Notes under the pieces: generated by a model
Seen by the model: the letters and a program-made list of their open reading frames with translations, nothing else
Told to the model about the DNA's origin: nothing
The model's database searches: none
Shown: positions 63,657 to 64,000 of the stretch, one piece after another
Layout of the letters: each line of letters begins with the position of its first letter
Position numbering within the stretch: position 1 is the first letter of the stretch
Made by a program: the position numbers and the translations under genes
Source: a virus
Lineage: Duplodnaviria > Caudoviricetes
Virus record (IMG/VR): IMGVR_UViG_3300005739_000025
Strand: one strand, 5' to 3'
Length of the DNA stretch: 64,000 nucleotides

Positions 63657-64000
63657 TTCAAAGGACCCTTGAACTTCTCACGAAAAACTACTTTCTGGTT
63701 GACTTTCTTTTCGGTTCCGCAATAATATTAACAATGAACAGATACGAAAAGTATGAATGGTTGGAGCAAACGTGCTCGGAGAAGTTTATGAAAGAAGAGT
63801 TCGTTCTTGAGCTTCTTCATTATATGGGCGAGGATGACTTTGAAGATTTCTACGACAGATTGTGCAGGCTTTGGGATATTGCCAAGAGCCCGGAAGAGCT
63901 GGAGAAACAATTTGCCTAAGATTAAAGGTTCCGGTAATATATTAGGTATGATAATGACACCGAAAGCAAAGCAATACGGACGTAAGCTCCAGGAGATCTC

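Larger units (their letters stand above)
30516..63940 (+). promoter_or_regulatory. Family of early sigma70-like promoters TTGnnn-N9/10-GTTCC-N2-(TAnnnT-like -10)
   Basis: Copies at 30516, 34533, 53576, 56434, 57151, 60698, 62006, 62319, 62562, 63699, 63912 (-35 starts); also 45863 (no clear -35); variants at 27814, 42600, 43919. Confidence 0.8.

Noticed and set aside
1-64000. Stop-codon reassignment
   Set aside because: TAA, TAG and TGA all end coupled genes, recognisable proteins are full length in code 11, and no CTA/TCA suppressor tRNA was found
1-64000. CRISPR array, integrase or transposon
   Set aside because: No regularly spaced repeat-spacer units or recombinase motifs seen; the only tandem repeats are coding repeats in a tail fibre

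Overview
AT-rich segment of a large T4-like (myovirus/jumbo) phage genome read in the standard genetic code. The host is probably Verrucomicrobiota, inferred from a PEP-CTERM protein, a prepilin/H-X9-DG protein and a Verrucomicrobia-style outer-membrane barrel. Structural and replication genes: portal (gp20-like), tail terminator (gp15-like), GroES-like co-chaperonin, gp62-like clamp-loader subunit, DinG helicase and several tail-fibre/adhesin genes. Accessory genes: dCMP deaminase, QueD, a phosphoribosyltransferase, GMP reductase, Glf, a GT2 glycosyltransferase, bS21 and a RadA-like ATPase, plus a long run of small early genes. Two tRNA arrays (18.3-26.2 kb and 43.9-48.9 kb) hold 26 intact tRNAs covering all 20 amino acids. 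Top observation: each array is preceded by a late promoter, a short leader ORF and an overlapping antiterminator/terminator. The codons of each leader enumerate the anticodons of the tRNAs downstream of it, which suggests a translation-sensing attenuator that switches on the matching tRNAs when those codons stall. Other notable items: seven tRNAs with a covarying rebuilt D/T-loop elbow; a tRNA-Ser(ACT); several unassigned structured RNAs, including a ~370-nt RNA behind a boxA-like motif; eight unrelated proteins sharing a C-terminal KPKTxxHFGDIxxxL tag; four tiny RSDAG-motif basic peptides; and a stand-alone bL12 N-terminal-domain-like peptide. All annotation is by eye and no database searches were run.
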